Shown here one piece after another: positions 1 through 10,331 of a stretch of 64,000 nucleotides of DNA (the first letter of the stretch is position 1; every line of letters starts with the position of its first letter). Source of the DNA: an uncultured Phycisphaerales bacterium. Its GTDB lineage: Bacteria; Planctomycetota; Phycisphaerae; Tepidisphaerales; Tepidisphaeraceae. The stretch is taken from NCBI GenBank assembly GCA_963844715.1, contig CAWJPJ010000008.1, positions 832,001 to 896,000 of the forward strand. The letters are read 5' to 3'. The notes beneath the pieces were generated by a model that had not been told where the DNA came from, made no database searches, and was given only the letters and a program-made list of their open reading frames with translations. Made by a program: the position numbers and the translations under genes.

Positions 1-469
1 TTCCGCCAGCATCCAGACTATGCGTGCTTTGGCTCGCTACCCGGTGCGGTGAAAGCTCGCGCCACGGTTGCTTGCGGAACTGGGTACTTGCCGTGAGGTC
101 TTTGCATCAGCCGAGGCGTTGCAGGCGTATGCAGGTACCGCGCCGGTCACGAAGAAGTCTGGGAAGTCGGACATCGTACATTTTCGACGGGCTTGCAATT
201 GTTACTTGCGAGCCACCGTTCACCTCTGGGTGGATCTCAGCCGCCACTATTGCGTTTGGGCCGAAGCCTATTACCAGCAGAAGCGCAAGCAAGGCATGGG
301 GCATGCAGCTGCGCTCCGATGCCTCGGCCAGCGCTGGCTCAATATTCTATGGAGCATCTGGCAAAAAAATGTGGCGTATGACGAAGCGAGCCATACGCGC
401 AATCAAGTAAAGCACGGCTCCTGGGTCGTTCGCTTATTACCAAAATCTGAAACGGGTGCCGCGAACTGA
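1..469 (+). CDS. IS110-family transposase, C-terminal part (5' truncated by the window, frameshift near 50)
   Basis: SLPGA..LAPRLLAELG..F.SAEALQAYAGTAPVTKKSG..R.C..YY..KR.QG..H..ALR pattern typical of the IS110 C-terminal domain. Confidence 0.9.
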
Positions 470-531
470 TCCATGTGAACAACATGGCGCGAAAAAACCG
501 AATCTGCTCATTGACGGCAGAGAGAACATCT
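1..531 (+). mobile_element. IS110 element, right part; right end inferred at CT core 530-531
   Basis: Short right end with TTGACG (511-516) followed by AGAACATCT, resembling IS621-type ends. Confidence 0.6.
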
Positions 532-791
532 CCCGCACCTCCTCTCCTTGGCCCTAAATCCGGTGTGTGGTGCTGTCGGAAACAATAAGGATGCGCCGGG
601 AACATTCGGGGAAGGTAGGCCCGCTGTTGTTGAAAGGCCGCACGCGGCCAGGGGGCAGCGGGCCTACGGCATGTTGGTTCGACTCCGCTATCGAAACGCC
701 ACCAGCCGAGTACGGCCTTGCCATGCTCGCCTCCTCGGGGAAATCCGACTGTGAGGTTGAGCAGGTGAAGGGCCGGATTTCCCCTGCGGGC

Positions 792-860
792 CTGCGCGTT
801 TATGTTGAGTTCCGAATTATTTTTGAGTTCGGCGGAAAATCCCTGCATTTCGGGGGTTCT
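792..860 (+). repeat. RIT1 left inverted repeat (69 bp)
   Basis: Exact reverse complement of 4186-4254. Confidence 0.95.
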
Positions 861-937
861 GAGCAGAATGGCGAAGCGGTTTGCTTCACATAATCCTGAT
901 GTCTTTCTTATGCCCATGTGGCGGAAAGGAAGGCGTC

Positions 938-2200
938 ATGTCTCACGATCTGTTTCTTCGATGTGTTCGCAGGCGGATCAGCGGCAATCCACAGGAACCG
1001 CTGTTGGAGCGATTCCTGATTTATCTCACCCAGCGTGGTTACGCTCCGGGAACGTGGTATCGGCTTCTGCGCATTGCCGATCACTTCGGGCGATGGCTTG
1101 GCCCTGGACCTTTGACGTACAAGGCGGCGCAGGGCTTCCTCAAACGCCATTTGCCGAGGTGCCGATGCACAACGCATTCGCTGCGCAGCCTGCAATGCAA
1201 TCGCGAAGCGCTGCGGCTTTTGCTTGAGATGGCCGCAATCACGCCGACTCCGTCGCCAGCCCCCATGCATTTTGCGGATCGGCTGCTGGAACAATATGGA
1301 CAGCACCTGATACAGGCGAGAGGACTCGCGCCGGTGACTGTCCATCATCGGTTGGATCTGGCCAGGCGAATGCTTCGACAGTTCCGAGTGCGTCAATCAT
1401 CACAGTTCCGCGCCTGGACGGCCGCTCAGATCCAGCAATACATCGCGCGAATGGTGCGTCCTTACCAGACGTCCACCGGCCGCGCCATGACTTCAGCGAC
1501 TCGCTCGTTCCTATGCTATTTACTGCAAAATCGCTTGATTCGGCGGGATTTGGCCGCGGCGGTTCCCGCATTGGCCCATTGGCGATTAGCGCCCTTGCCC
1601 AACACTCTGACAATCAAGGAGATTGAACGGCTCCTCAGGGCTGTCCGGCAATGCACCCCGCTCAATCTTCGCGACCGCGCCATTCTCCTGTGCATGGTCG
1701 AACTGGGTCTCCGGCGCCCCGACGTGACGGGACTGGAAGTCATCGGGGTGGATCTGGCCCATCGAGTGTTGCGCCTTCAACATCACAAGGAACGGGAGGC
1801 GGCGGCAACGCCCATGACCAGCCGACTGGCAGAGGCGATTGAAGCGTATCTCCGCAAAGGCCGTCCTGCCTGCCAGTCACCGTTCCTGTTCGTCTCGCAT
1901 CGCGCCCCGGTTGGCAAGCCCTTGTCCACTGCCGGCCTTGGACACATCGTGCTCAGGATTGCTGGTCGCGCGAGATTGCAGGGCCGCGTCAGGGGCACCC
2001 ATATATTTAGGCATAGTCTCGCCAGCCGACTGCTCGCTTCGGGAGCGCACCTTAAACAAATCGCCGACGTGCTGGGTCATCAGTCGATTGAGACAACGAT
2101 GATTTATACCAAAGTCGATCTGCGCGCGCTGATGCAGGTGGCGTTGCCTTGGCCCGGGGGCGCCAAAGACAAAACCTCCGCCGGGGAGGTGCGGCCATGA
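938..2200 (+). CDS. ritA: RIT tyrosine recombinase A
   Basis: GLRRPDV, HIFRHS, LGHQSIETTMIY; C-terminal KVDLRALMQVALPWP; RBS upstream. Confidence 0.9.
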   Translation: MSHDLFLRCVRRRISGNPQEPLLERFLIYLTQRGYAPGTWYRLLRIADHFGRWLGPGPLTYKAAQGFLKRHLPRCRCTTHSLRSLQCNREALRLLLEMAAITPTPSPAPMHFADRLLEQYGQHLIQARGLAPVTVHHRLDLARRMLRQFRVRQSSQFRAWTAAQIQQYIARMVRPYQTSTGRAMTSATRSFLCYLLQNRLIRRDLAAAVPALAHWRLAPLPNTLTIKEIERLLRAVRQCTPLNLRDRAILLCMVELGLRRPDVTGLEVIGVDLAHRVLRLQHHKEREAAATPMTSRLAEAIEAYLRKGRPACQSPFLFVSHRAPVGKPLSTAGLGHIVLRIAGRARLQGRVRGTHIFRHSLASRLLASGAHLKQIADVLGHQSIETTMIYTKVDLRALMQVALPWPGGAKDKTSAGEVRP

Positions 2201-3153
2201 CACACCAACTGACGATGGTTCGCCACGCCAGAGCCTACCTTGAATACCGCCGCTCCCTGGGCTTTGCACTGCGCGGTCATGGCAGATTGGCGATGCAATT
2301 CGCTCGTTTCCTCGATCGCCGCCGTCACGAGCTTCCAACGATCGGCCTGATGCTGCGCTGGGTCAATGGAAAGGGAACGCATTCCCAAAGCTATCGCGCC
2401 AGTCGTTTAACGGCGGTTCGCAGTTTTGCACGCTATCTGGCGGCAAGGGATGAACGAATCCCCATCCCGCCCGCCCGACTCTTATCCGTGAGGATTCGGC
2501 GCTGTCGGCCTCACATTTACAGCCCGCTGCAACTTGAGCAGCTGCTGTCCGCTGCCGGGCGGCTGCATCCTCACTTTGCGCTTCGCCCTTTGACCTATCA
2601 GACGCTTCTGGGACTGATCGCCGCCACAGGCTTGCGCATCTCTGAAGCCATCAGGCTCCAGCGCGGACAGATCGATTTGAAGCGTGGTCTGCTGGAGATT
2701 ACGCAGACCAAATTCAAAAAGTCACGCCTTGTGCCGATGCACCCGACCACAACGCGGGCCTTGCGCCATTACCGCGATAAGCGCGATCAGCAATGGGGAA
2801 CACGACAGGAAGCACCATTCTTTCTCAACGCCGCAGGCCGATATTTGCCATCGGAAACGGTACAGGCTGTATTCCGTCGGCTTTGCGAAGGTCTCGGCTG
2901 GCATCGGGGCAACGGCGAATTACCCAAACCACGCCTCCATGACCTGCGCCACAGCTTCGCCTGCCGCCGCCTATTGATCTGGCATCGCAATGGCGACGAC
3001 ATCGGGAACCGCATCGCCGCGCTGGCGACGTACCTGGGCCATGGCAGGGTCCGGGACACCTATTGGTATCTCACCGGCACCTCGGAACTGCTTGCCATTG
3101 CGGGAGACCGCTTCGGACGATTCGCCGATTCGGCAGAAGGGAGCAACCCATGA
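2197..3153 (+). CDS. ritB: RIT tyrosine recombinase B
   Basis: YLEYRRSLGF N-terminus; GLRISE, HDLRHS, LATYLGH..DTYWYL. Confidence 0.9.
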   Translation: MTHQLTMVRHARAYLEYRRSLGFALRGHGRLAMQFARFLDRRRHELPTIGLMLRWVNGKGTHSQSYRASRLTAVRSFARYLAARDERIPIPPARLLSVRIRRCRPHIYSPLQLEQLLSAAGRLHPHFALRPLTYQTLLGLIAATGLRISEAIRLQRGQIDLKRGLLEITQTKFKKSRLVPMHPTTTRALRHYRDKRDQQWGTRQEAPFFLNAAGRYLPSETVQAVFRRLCEGLGWHRGNGELPKPRLHDLRHSFACRRLLIWHRNGDDIGNRIAALATYLGHGRVRDTYWYLTGTSELLAIAGDRFGRFADSAEGSNP

Positions 3154-4163
3154 AAGCCAAGGAACTTATCCCCACGCTTCCACTGGCGCCGTTACTCCAG
3201 AACTATTTTTGTTCTCATTTGATCGGCCAGCGCGACCTGAGCCGGCGGACGATCCATGCCTATCGCGACACATTCCGGCTGCTGCTGAAGTTCCTGGCTC
3301 ACCGCTTCAAGTTGATGCCCGAAGCATTGCGCGTGAGTGATCTGGACCCGCCAAGAGTCCTTGCCTTCCTTGATGACCTGGAACAATCCCGTGGCAACGG
3401 CGTTCGCACCCGCAACGCCCGGTTGGTGGCGATCCATTCCTTCATGCGCTACATCGCATCCGTCGAGCCGTCGTTGTTGAATGTGGCCCAGCGCATTCTT
3501 GCGATTCCCGCCAAGCGATTCGATCGCCCATCCATCGGCCATCTTACGCGCCAGCAGATGCAAGCCATTCTGGACGCGCCTAATGCCGCGACGCGCGGCG
3601 GACAGCGCGACCGTCTTCTGTTGATGATGCTGTACAACACCGGCGCGCGAGTGTCGGAGGTGGCGGCTCTTCACGTACACGATGTGCGCCTGGATTCCCA
3701 AGCCACGGTGCAGTTGCACGGGAAAGGACGGAAGAATCGCGCCGTACCGCTGTGGCGTTCGACAACGCGATTGCTGCGGCAGTGGCTCAAGGACACTGGC
3801 GCCGCGCCTGAATCCCCGCTGTTTCCCAATGCACGAGGCGAGCCGATGAGCCGGCATGGCATCGCCCAGCGCTTGGCAACGGCCGTGGCTCGCGCCTCGA
3901 AGAAGTTGCCGGGTTTGGGGAACATCCGCGTGACTCCACACAAAATCCGGCACTCCACGGCCATGCACCTGCTGCAATCGGGCGTGGATCTTTCAGTCAT
4001 TGCGATGTGGCTGGGCCACGAACACATCGAAACAACACATCAATACCTGGACGCCGATCTGGAATCGAAGAAACAGGCGTTGGCATGCTTGGATTCACCC
4101 CGTCTGCACCGGTATCGCCGCTCTGCGCCCAAACCGCTCCTTCAGTTCCTGGAAGGCCTGTGA
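3150..4163 (+). CDS. ritC: RIT tyrosine recombinase C
   Basis: TRNARLVAIHSF, GARVSE, GKGRK, HKIRHS, WLGHEHIETTHQY. Confidence 0.9.
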   Translation: MKAKELIPTLPLAPLLQNYFCSHLIGQRDLSRRTIHAYRDTFRLLLKFLAHRFKLMPEALRVSDLDPPRVLAFLDDLEQSRGNGVRTRNARLVAIHSFMRYIASVEPSLLNVAQRILAIPAKRFDRPSIGHLTRQQMQAILDAPNAATRGGQRDRLLLMMLYNTGARVSEVAALHVHDVRLDSQATVQLHGKGRKNRAVPLWRSTTRLLRQWLKDTGAAPESPLFPNARGEPMSRHGIAQRLATAVARASKKLPGLGNIRVTPHKIRHSTAMHLLQSGVDLSVIAMWLGHEHIETTHQYLDADLESKKQALACLDSPRLHRYRRSAPKPLLQFLEGL

Positions 4164-4185
4164 TTATGTTGAGCCATCATGCACG

Positions 4186-4254
4186 AGAACCCCCGAAATG
4201 CAGGGATTTTCCGCCGAACTCAAAAATAATTCGGAACTCAACATAAACGCGCAG
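4186..4254 (-). repeat. RIT1 right inverted repeat (69 bp)
   Basis: Exact reverse complement of 792-860. Confidence 0.95.
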
Positions 4255-4450
4255 AGGTTGAGAGTTGCATATGTGCGTGGCATGGCGTTCGTCCGCTGCG
4301 CTCGACGTTCCCGTCGCCAGCAGGAAGGATTTCTCTTTTTTAGACCTCCCGGCCGCTTCTTTCGAAGCCGGGAGGTCAAAAAATTGCTTGGGCCTTTGTG
4401 GGCCTAAGCCATCCCGGTTTGGAGTTTTCTTCCTTTTCGGGAGGTGCTTT

Positions 4451-5459
4451 GTGGCACACGAGATCGACCAGACAACGGGACGAGCGGCAGTATTCGTGAC
4501 CGGCGAACCAGCTTGGCATCGCTTGGGCACGGTGATCGAGCAGGCGACCACCAGCGCCGAGGCTATCGGCCTCGCGGGATTGGATTGGCGCGTCGAGCAA
4601 TGGCCGGTCCGGGCTTTCGACCCGGACAACAACACGACAGAGGCGGGAATCCCCGACACGGTGGCGAATGTCCGCACCGATACCAAAGCGGTGTTGGGCG
4701 TGGTTGGGCGGCGCTATCGGGTGTTCCAGAACCATGAAGCTTTCGACTTCATGGATGGATTGGTTGGCGACAAGCTGGCCATGTACGAGACGGCGGGCAG
4801 TCTGCACGGCGGCAAGCGCGTGTGGATGATGGCCAGCATTCCCAAAGAGTATCGGGCCGGACCGGACGACCTGATTAAGCCTTACGTTCTCTTGACCAAC
4901 ACGCACGACGGAAGCCAGGCGCTTCGGATGATTCCGACGACCGTGCGCGTGGTTTGCCAGAACACGTTGAATCTGGCCCTGCGGGAATCGGGCGTTGAAG
5001 GATTGACCATTTCCCATCATCCCCGGTTGGAGAGCCGGATTGCCGAGGCGCGGGCGAAGCTCGGCATCATCGCGGCACGGTTCGACAAGTTTGATGATGA
5101 ACTGCACGCCATGCTTGCCAAGGAACTGACCGTCACCGAGGCGGGCGGTTACTTCCGGGGATTGACCGGGGCGGACCTTCCCCACGGCACGGATCGGCAG
5201 AAGAAAACCCGCGAGAAGGTGTTCGGGCAGATGCTCGACAACTTCGATAACGAGCGGAACACGCTTGCCCGGCGTGAAGCACACCGCATGGGGCGCATAC
5301 AACGCGGTGAGCGAATGGGCCGACCATCAGCGGAAGTACCGCGGCGCGTCACCCGCCGACAAGCTGGACCGGCAATTGGATTCGGTTTGGTTCGGCCAAT
5401 CCCATCAACTCAAACAGGCCGCGTATCGCGGAGCGCTTGAACTGGCGGGCGTTCTGTAG
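4451..5459 (+). CDS. DUF932 / phage-plasmid-like protein (TIGR03299-type), frameshift near 5265
   Basis: MAHEI..PAWHRLG..GLDWRVE..YETAGSLHGGKRVW..TNTHDGS..RVVCQNTL..TAWGAYNAVSEW; GGAGG RBS and GTG start. Confidence 0.85.
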
Positions 5460-5572
5460 GCGACCCCTCCCCGAACCCGCCCCGGTGCAGAAAGAGCCGG
5501 GGCGGGCTGGGGAGCGGTTGTCAACGTGACGCCGCATTCACAAGTGGCCATTTCAACGAAAGGAGATTCATC

Positions 5573-6040
5573 ATGGCCAGCTACAACAAAGTGATCCTCA
5601 TGGGACACCTGACCCGCGATCCGGAGTTAAAGACGCTGCCCAACTCGGATACGCAAGTGTGCGATTTCGCGCTGGCGGTCAATCGCCGATGGAAAGACGC
5701 CAGCGGCGACGACCGCGAGGAAGTCTTGTTCATCGACTGCGCCGCGTTCGGCAAGACCGGACAGACCATCGGCGAGAGCTTGACCAAGGGCCGACCGATC
5801 CACATCGAAGGCCGTCTCAAATTCGAGCAGTGGGAGCAGGAGGACGGCCAGCGGCGCAGCAAGATTCGTGCGGTTGTCGAGCAATTCCGGTTTGTGGACC
5901 GCAAGCCGACCACCGGACAGCCAGCCGAACGCAACGGACGCGGCAAACGCCGCACGAATGCCAAGAACAGCCGCCCGGCGCGGCAACCCGAAGGTGAGCC
6001 GGTGGGCGCGGGTGTGGGCAAGGAGGATGTTCCTTTCTAA
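5573..6040 (+). CDS. ssb: single-stranded DNA-binding protein
   Basis: NKVILMGHLTRDPEL..FALAVNR..KGRPIHIEGRL; acidic tail EDVPF. Confidence 0.95.
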   Translation: MASYNKVILMGHLTRDPELKTLPNSDTQVCDFALAVNRRWKDASGDDREEVLFIDCAAFGKTGQTIGESLTKGRPIHIEGRLKFEQWEQEDGQRRSKIRAVVEQFRFVDRKPTTGQPAERNGRGKRRTNAKNSRPARQPEGEPVGAGVGKEDVPF

Positions 6041-6052
6041 CCGAGGTGTCCC

Positions 6053-6406
6053 ATGCGCGAGCAATTGATCGATCCAGACGGATCGGGTGTACAGCATCCA
6101 GCGCACAGCGCAGGGCGTGGTTTGCACTGTCAACGGCAGACCACTTTCCTTGCGGCTGGACCTGTGGAATCACAGCCCGACCGGATTTGAATTCGGCTAT
6201 GGCGGGAGCGGACCAGCGCAGTTGCGCTGGCCATTCTCGCCGACTGCTGCGGGGACGAACTGGCGGTGACGTATCACCAGCCGTTCAAGTGGGCAGTCAT
6301 CGCCCGCTTTCCCGCCGACGGCGGAAGTCTGACCGGGACGTTCGTGCGCGACGTGCTGGCCGGGCTTCAAGCCAAGCGGGAATCGCAGCAGTACCGCAAC
6401 AACTGA
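6053..6406 (+). CDS. DUF6166-like protein (frameshifted)
   Basis: NHSPTGFEFGYGGSGPAQL then, in a shifted frame, AILADC..YHQPFKW. Confidence 0.7.
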
Positions 6407-7039
6407 ATGCGTCGGGGCCGTGTGGCCCCGATGTCGATCAAAGAGAATTTCAAACAACAACAGAGGTATGTTATGAATCGCAATCTATCTCAATTTCATG
6501 ATGTTCAGATTTCCGTTCCGCTGTCCAAGCTGATTCCGAACAAACGGAATCCCCGGCGCGTCAAGCCGGAGCGGGACGCTCACCGGCAAAAGGTGGCATC
6601 CATCCGGGCGTTTGGCCTGATTGCACCGCTGGTGGTCCGGGCGGATGATAAAGCAGCCGGAGGCTATCCGCGTGATCGCCGGCAATCGCCGTCTGGCGGC
6701 ACTGCGCGACGTGTACAAGGATTCAGCCAGACCGCCAAAGGTTCCATGCGTTCTGCGTTCCGTGGACGACGACACCGCCGACGCATTGGCGCTTGGCCGA
6801 AAACTTCGTCCGCGAGCCGATGCACCCGCTGGACGAGGCCGAAGCCTTCGCCAAGCTGGCGCAGGAGGAAGCCAAGGGCGTTGAATCCATCGCCGCCGAG
6901 TTTGGCGTCAGCCAGCCATATGTACGATTATGTGGTGGACAACATAAGCGCACTTATGTGTTGAGTATATTTATGTTGTCAGATCACACCAACCAGTGGC
7001 TTCCCTGGACGCGATAGGCTGTTGTGACCACATAATTTT

Positions 7040-8053
7040 TTACAATGCCTGCAAGAACTCCATCAGTTTTGGATTGGCTTTCCATGATTTGCGTTTGGAC
7101 GACCTTGGCCCAGTGAGCTCGCATGTGGCGAGCATTTTTGCTTTGGTTTCCAAGTCGATCTCGGCGTACACGTTGGTCGTATTGATTGACACGTGACCGA
7201 GCCAGGCGCGAATGGTGTTGATGTCCACGCCAGCGCGCAGTAGATGTGTTGCGGTGGTGTGGCGGATCGTGTGCGGCCCGACTCGCTTCCTGGCCAGCGT
7301 TGCGACTTTCCTGCTGGCCGCGTCGACGTGCCGCGACACCAACGCATGAACGCCGAAACGTGTGAGCGGCTCGCCGCGTTGGTTTAAGAACAGTTTTTCG
7401 CCTTGGGCGCGGTTGTCAGCCAGTTCCTTGAGCTTGTCGATCGTCGTGGGCCAGAGCGGACAAAATCGAGTTTTGTTCCCCTTGCCAACCAAGCGCACCG
7501 ATCCGGCGCCATCGGCGCGGCGTTCGATATCAGCCAGCGTCACCGCAACTGCCTCGCTCACGCGGGCGCCGGTGTTGTACAAAAACAGCAGCAGTGCATG
7601 ATCGCGGCGACCAATCTGGCGCGCAACATCCGGCGCGGCGATCAGAGCGTCAATCTCCGGCTTATCGAGATAGCACAGCGCCGGTCGATGGAACCGCTTC
7701 GATGGAATAACCCGGATTGCCGAGCACCAGGCGATGTGTTCGGGTGCATGGTCGGCGACAAAGCGAGCGAAGGCGTGGATGGCGGCAAGCCGCTGGTTGC
7801 GAGTACGTATGGTGCATTTGCGCTCTGATTCCAGGTGTGACAAAAAGCTTCGCAACCGATCAGGCGAGAGCGCATCGACTGTCAGGCGATCCACCGCCGC
7901 ACCTGTCTTCTTGGAGACGAAAGGCATCAACTGAGCGAAGGCATCGCGATAACTGCGCTGTGTGTTGCGCGATAAATTGCGTTCGGCAACCAGATGTTCC
8001 AGAAGGAAACGGCGAATCCACGTACCCAGTAAAACGCTTTTTTGTGTCATCAT
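7040..8053 (-). CDS. ritC: RIT tyrosine recombinase C
   Basis: TRNQRLAAIHAF, GARVSE, HTIRHT, WLGHVSINTTNVY. Confidence 0.9.
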   Translation of the reverse strand: MMTQKSVLLGTWIRRFLLEHLVAERNLSRNTQRSYRDAFAQLMPFVSKKTGAAVDRLTVDALSPDRLRSFLSHLESERKCTIRTRNQRLAAIHAFARFVADHAPEHIAWCSAIRVIPSKRFHRPALCYLDKPEIDALIAAPDVARQIGRRDHALLLFLYNTGARVSEAVAVTLADIERRADGAGSVRLVGKGNKTRFCPLWPTTIDKLKELADNRAQGEKLFLNQRGEPLTRFGVHALVSRHVDAASRKVATLARKRVGPHTIRHTTATHLLRAGVDINTIRAWLGHVSINTTNVYAEIDLETKAKMLATCELTGPRSSKRKSWKANPKLMEFLQAL

Positions 8054-8980
8054 CCTGCCATCGGTAAGGCGTAGTTGCGGAAGAGAGAGCTTGCCTCCTG
8101 GGCCAGTTCGCTGGTCAGTTGCAGATAAACCTGCGTCTCGCGAACGCTGCAATGGCCCAGATACGTCGCCAAGCGTGGTAGTAATTGCTGAACGTTCTTG
8201 CCCGCGGTACCAGCTAATCAGCCGGTTCACAGCGAAGGTATGCCGCAGATCATGCAACCTCGGCTGAAAGAAAAAGCTGGTTGGTCGGCGGATTCCAATC
8301 TGTTCGCGCAGGAGCTTGTAGCTGTGTTGCGCGGTCTGCTTGGCAATCCGCCGTCCCGTGCGATCGGTTAGAAACGGCTTGTCATTGCCGGCGTCGCCGG
8401 CGCGATGCTTGCCTTGGTAGGCGATCAGCAGACTGCGCAGGTCAGCGCCGATCGGCACCAGCCGGCTTTTGTAGAACTTGGTCTGGCGGATGGTAAGGAT
8501 GCTCGCCCGCAGGTCCACGTCTTCCACATTCAGCGCCAACGCTTCGCTGATGCGAAGCCCGCTGCCATATAGCAGCAACAGAATCGTTCTCATGGTGGCT
8601 GGGCTGAGTAACCAACAGTTGCGATACCGCTGACTGGTCGCTTCCAAGAGCGACTTCATCTCCGCGACCGAATAAATGTAGGGAATGAACGACCACTGCC
8701 GACGAGGCTTGTCCCGCGGCAACGGAGACGCCGATGCGTACTTGCGGCTGATCGCAAACCGATAAAAACCGGCCAGGGCATGATACTTGGAGAGCCAATA
8801 GTTGGTGACGGGGCCATCTCCATCGAGATAGCGGCGCACTGTTTGAGGAGTCACGCGCCGCAGCTCGACATCGCCAACGGCTCGGGCAAAGGCGTGGAGC
8901 AGGCCTTTTTCTCTGCAAAAACCAATGCCCAGTGATTGGCGGTACTCCACGTAACTGTTAACACAGGCCGAGACCTTCAT
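8050..8980 (-). CDS. ritB: RIT tyrosine recombinase B (frameshift near 8200 fuses it to ritC in the ORF track)
   Basis: YVEYRQSLG, GLRISE, HDLRHT; LATYLGH in the alternate frame. Confidence 0.85.
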
Positions 8981-8990
8981 TCCTGCTCCT

Positions 8991-10331
8991 TCAGGCTACA
9001 TAACCACACAGTTGCCGCCGAGCGCATCGCGTCGCGCAAAACCGGTCGGGATGCCGAGAGTGTCGGCGCTCGCAGGCGGCGTTGAACTCGATCAGTTCGC
9101 CCAAATCGACGTCGCCCACCGTCATCAAGCTCGTCATATCCACCTTGGCGTAAATCTCAGTGGACTGAACGATGGAGTGCCCAAGATGATCGCCGATCTG
9201 TTTGAGGCTGAATCCCTCCGACAACAAATGGGTTGCACAAGCATGACGCAAGCCGTGCGGTCCGTAACGCTTGAGCTTTTGGCCCAGCGACTTCTGGCGG
9301 TCGCAGACGACCGTGGCAGCCGACATCAACGGGCGATAAGGCTGAAGCATGGAAATGAAGACCTCTCTGTGCCGGCAGATGGGCCGGATCTTCAGATAGG
9401 CGACGATGGCATCACCCACGGTGGAAATGAGCGGATAGGTTCCGACACGATGCAGCTTCGGCCGTGGCGGACGAATGACCCCATTCTCCCAGTCGATATC
9501 TTCCAGGCGCAGGCCGCAAACTTCGCCTGAGCGAAAACCATAAACGGCCATCAACAGCATCATCGCGCGATCGCGAACGTCGACAGGATCGTTGGTATCG
9601 GCTGAATCAAGCAGTTCACGGACTTGTGCCCATGTCGGCCCCTGGGGGTAGCGTTCGTGGCGATAGAGCCGCGGCGCATGGATGCAGTCCCACAGGGTTG
9701 GTTCGCAACCGCGCCGACCGCCGAGCCAGCGCAAGAACACGCGCACGTGACAGATATGGCTGGCGATGGAGCACCGCGACCATCGCGTGAACTGTGGTTC
9801 CTGTAGATAGCCCGTCAACATTCGCGCGTCGAGCTTCCGCAAATCGCCGCCCGGATGTTTGGCCGCCCAGGCTAGAAACAGGCCAACGTCGCGGCGGTAA
9901 ATGCCGACGGTACAGGGCGACCATCCATGTTCGGCGCGCTTGAACTCGATAAAACCCTGCATCAGATCATCGAAAGGCCCGCGGATGAACGAACGTTCCA
10001 TGCGTCCGCAAAATGCCAGCCAATGTCTTATCCGGCCCAGGAATTTATGGATGGTGGCGGCCGATGGCTTCCTACGATGCAAGCCGCCGCGAAAGTTGCC
10101 GTCACGCCATTTAGGACCCAACGTGCGCAACTGTTCCTCGTTAACAACCTGTCCAGGCTTGAGGTCCAGCAATATGGCAGCATGGAGGGTATATCCAGCA
10201 GCATGTTTGAACGTCTCCAGCGCGCGGCCATCTTCGACCAGATGCCGCAGGTAACGTTCCCGTTCCTCGCGCATCGGGCTTTCGCGGTGCAACTGCAAAT
10301 GCTTTCGACGGGTGACAAACTGCTCAAACAT
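8991..10331 (-). CDS. ritA: RIT tyrosine recombinase A
   Basis: GFRSGE, HGLRHA, HLGHSIVQSTEIYAKVD. Confidence 0.88.
   Translation of the reverse strand: MFEQFVTRRKHLQLHRESPMREERERYLRHLVEDGRALETFKHAAGYTLHAAILLDLKPGQVVNEEQLRTLGPKWRDGNFRGGLHRRKPSAATIHKFLGRIRHWLAFCGRMERSFIRGPFDDLMQGFIEFKRAEHGWSPCTVGIYRRDVGLFLAWAAKHPGGDLRKLDARMLTGYLQEPQFTRWSRCSIASHICHVRVFLRWLGGRRGCEPTLWDCIHAPRLYRHERYPQGPTWAQVRELLDSADTNDPVDVRDRAMMLLMAVYGFRSGEVCGLRLEDIDWENGVIRPPRPKLHRVGTYPLISTVGDAIVAYLKIRPICRHREVFISMLQPYRPLMSAATVVCDRQKSLGQKLKRYGPHGLRHACATHLLSEGFSLKQIGDHLGHSIVQSTEIYAKVDMTSLMTVGDVDLGELIEFNAACERRHSRHPDRFCATRCARRQLCGYVA

Larger units (their letters stand above)
792..4254 (+). mobile_element. RIT element 1 (recombinase in trio), apparently intact
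   Basis: Three ATGA-overlapping tyrosine recombinase genes bounded by a perfect 69-bp inverted repeat. Confidence 0.93.

Noticed and set aside
437..529. Antisense hed-like ORF fed by the host RBS into IS110
   Set aside because: It stops after about 30 codons
600..790. IS1111-type right-end bridge RNA
   Set aside because: The IS appears to end near 531 and no guide matches to the donor or target were evident; retained only as an unexplained structured region
7040..8980. Natural RitB-RitC fusion (646 aa)
   Set aside because: The RitB C-terminal LATYLGH motif lies in another frame and an ATGA overlap exists at 8050-8053; a frameshift artefact is more likely
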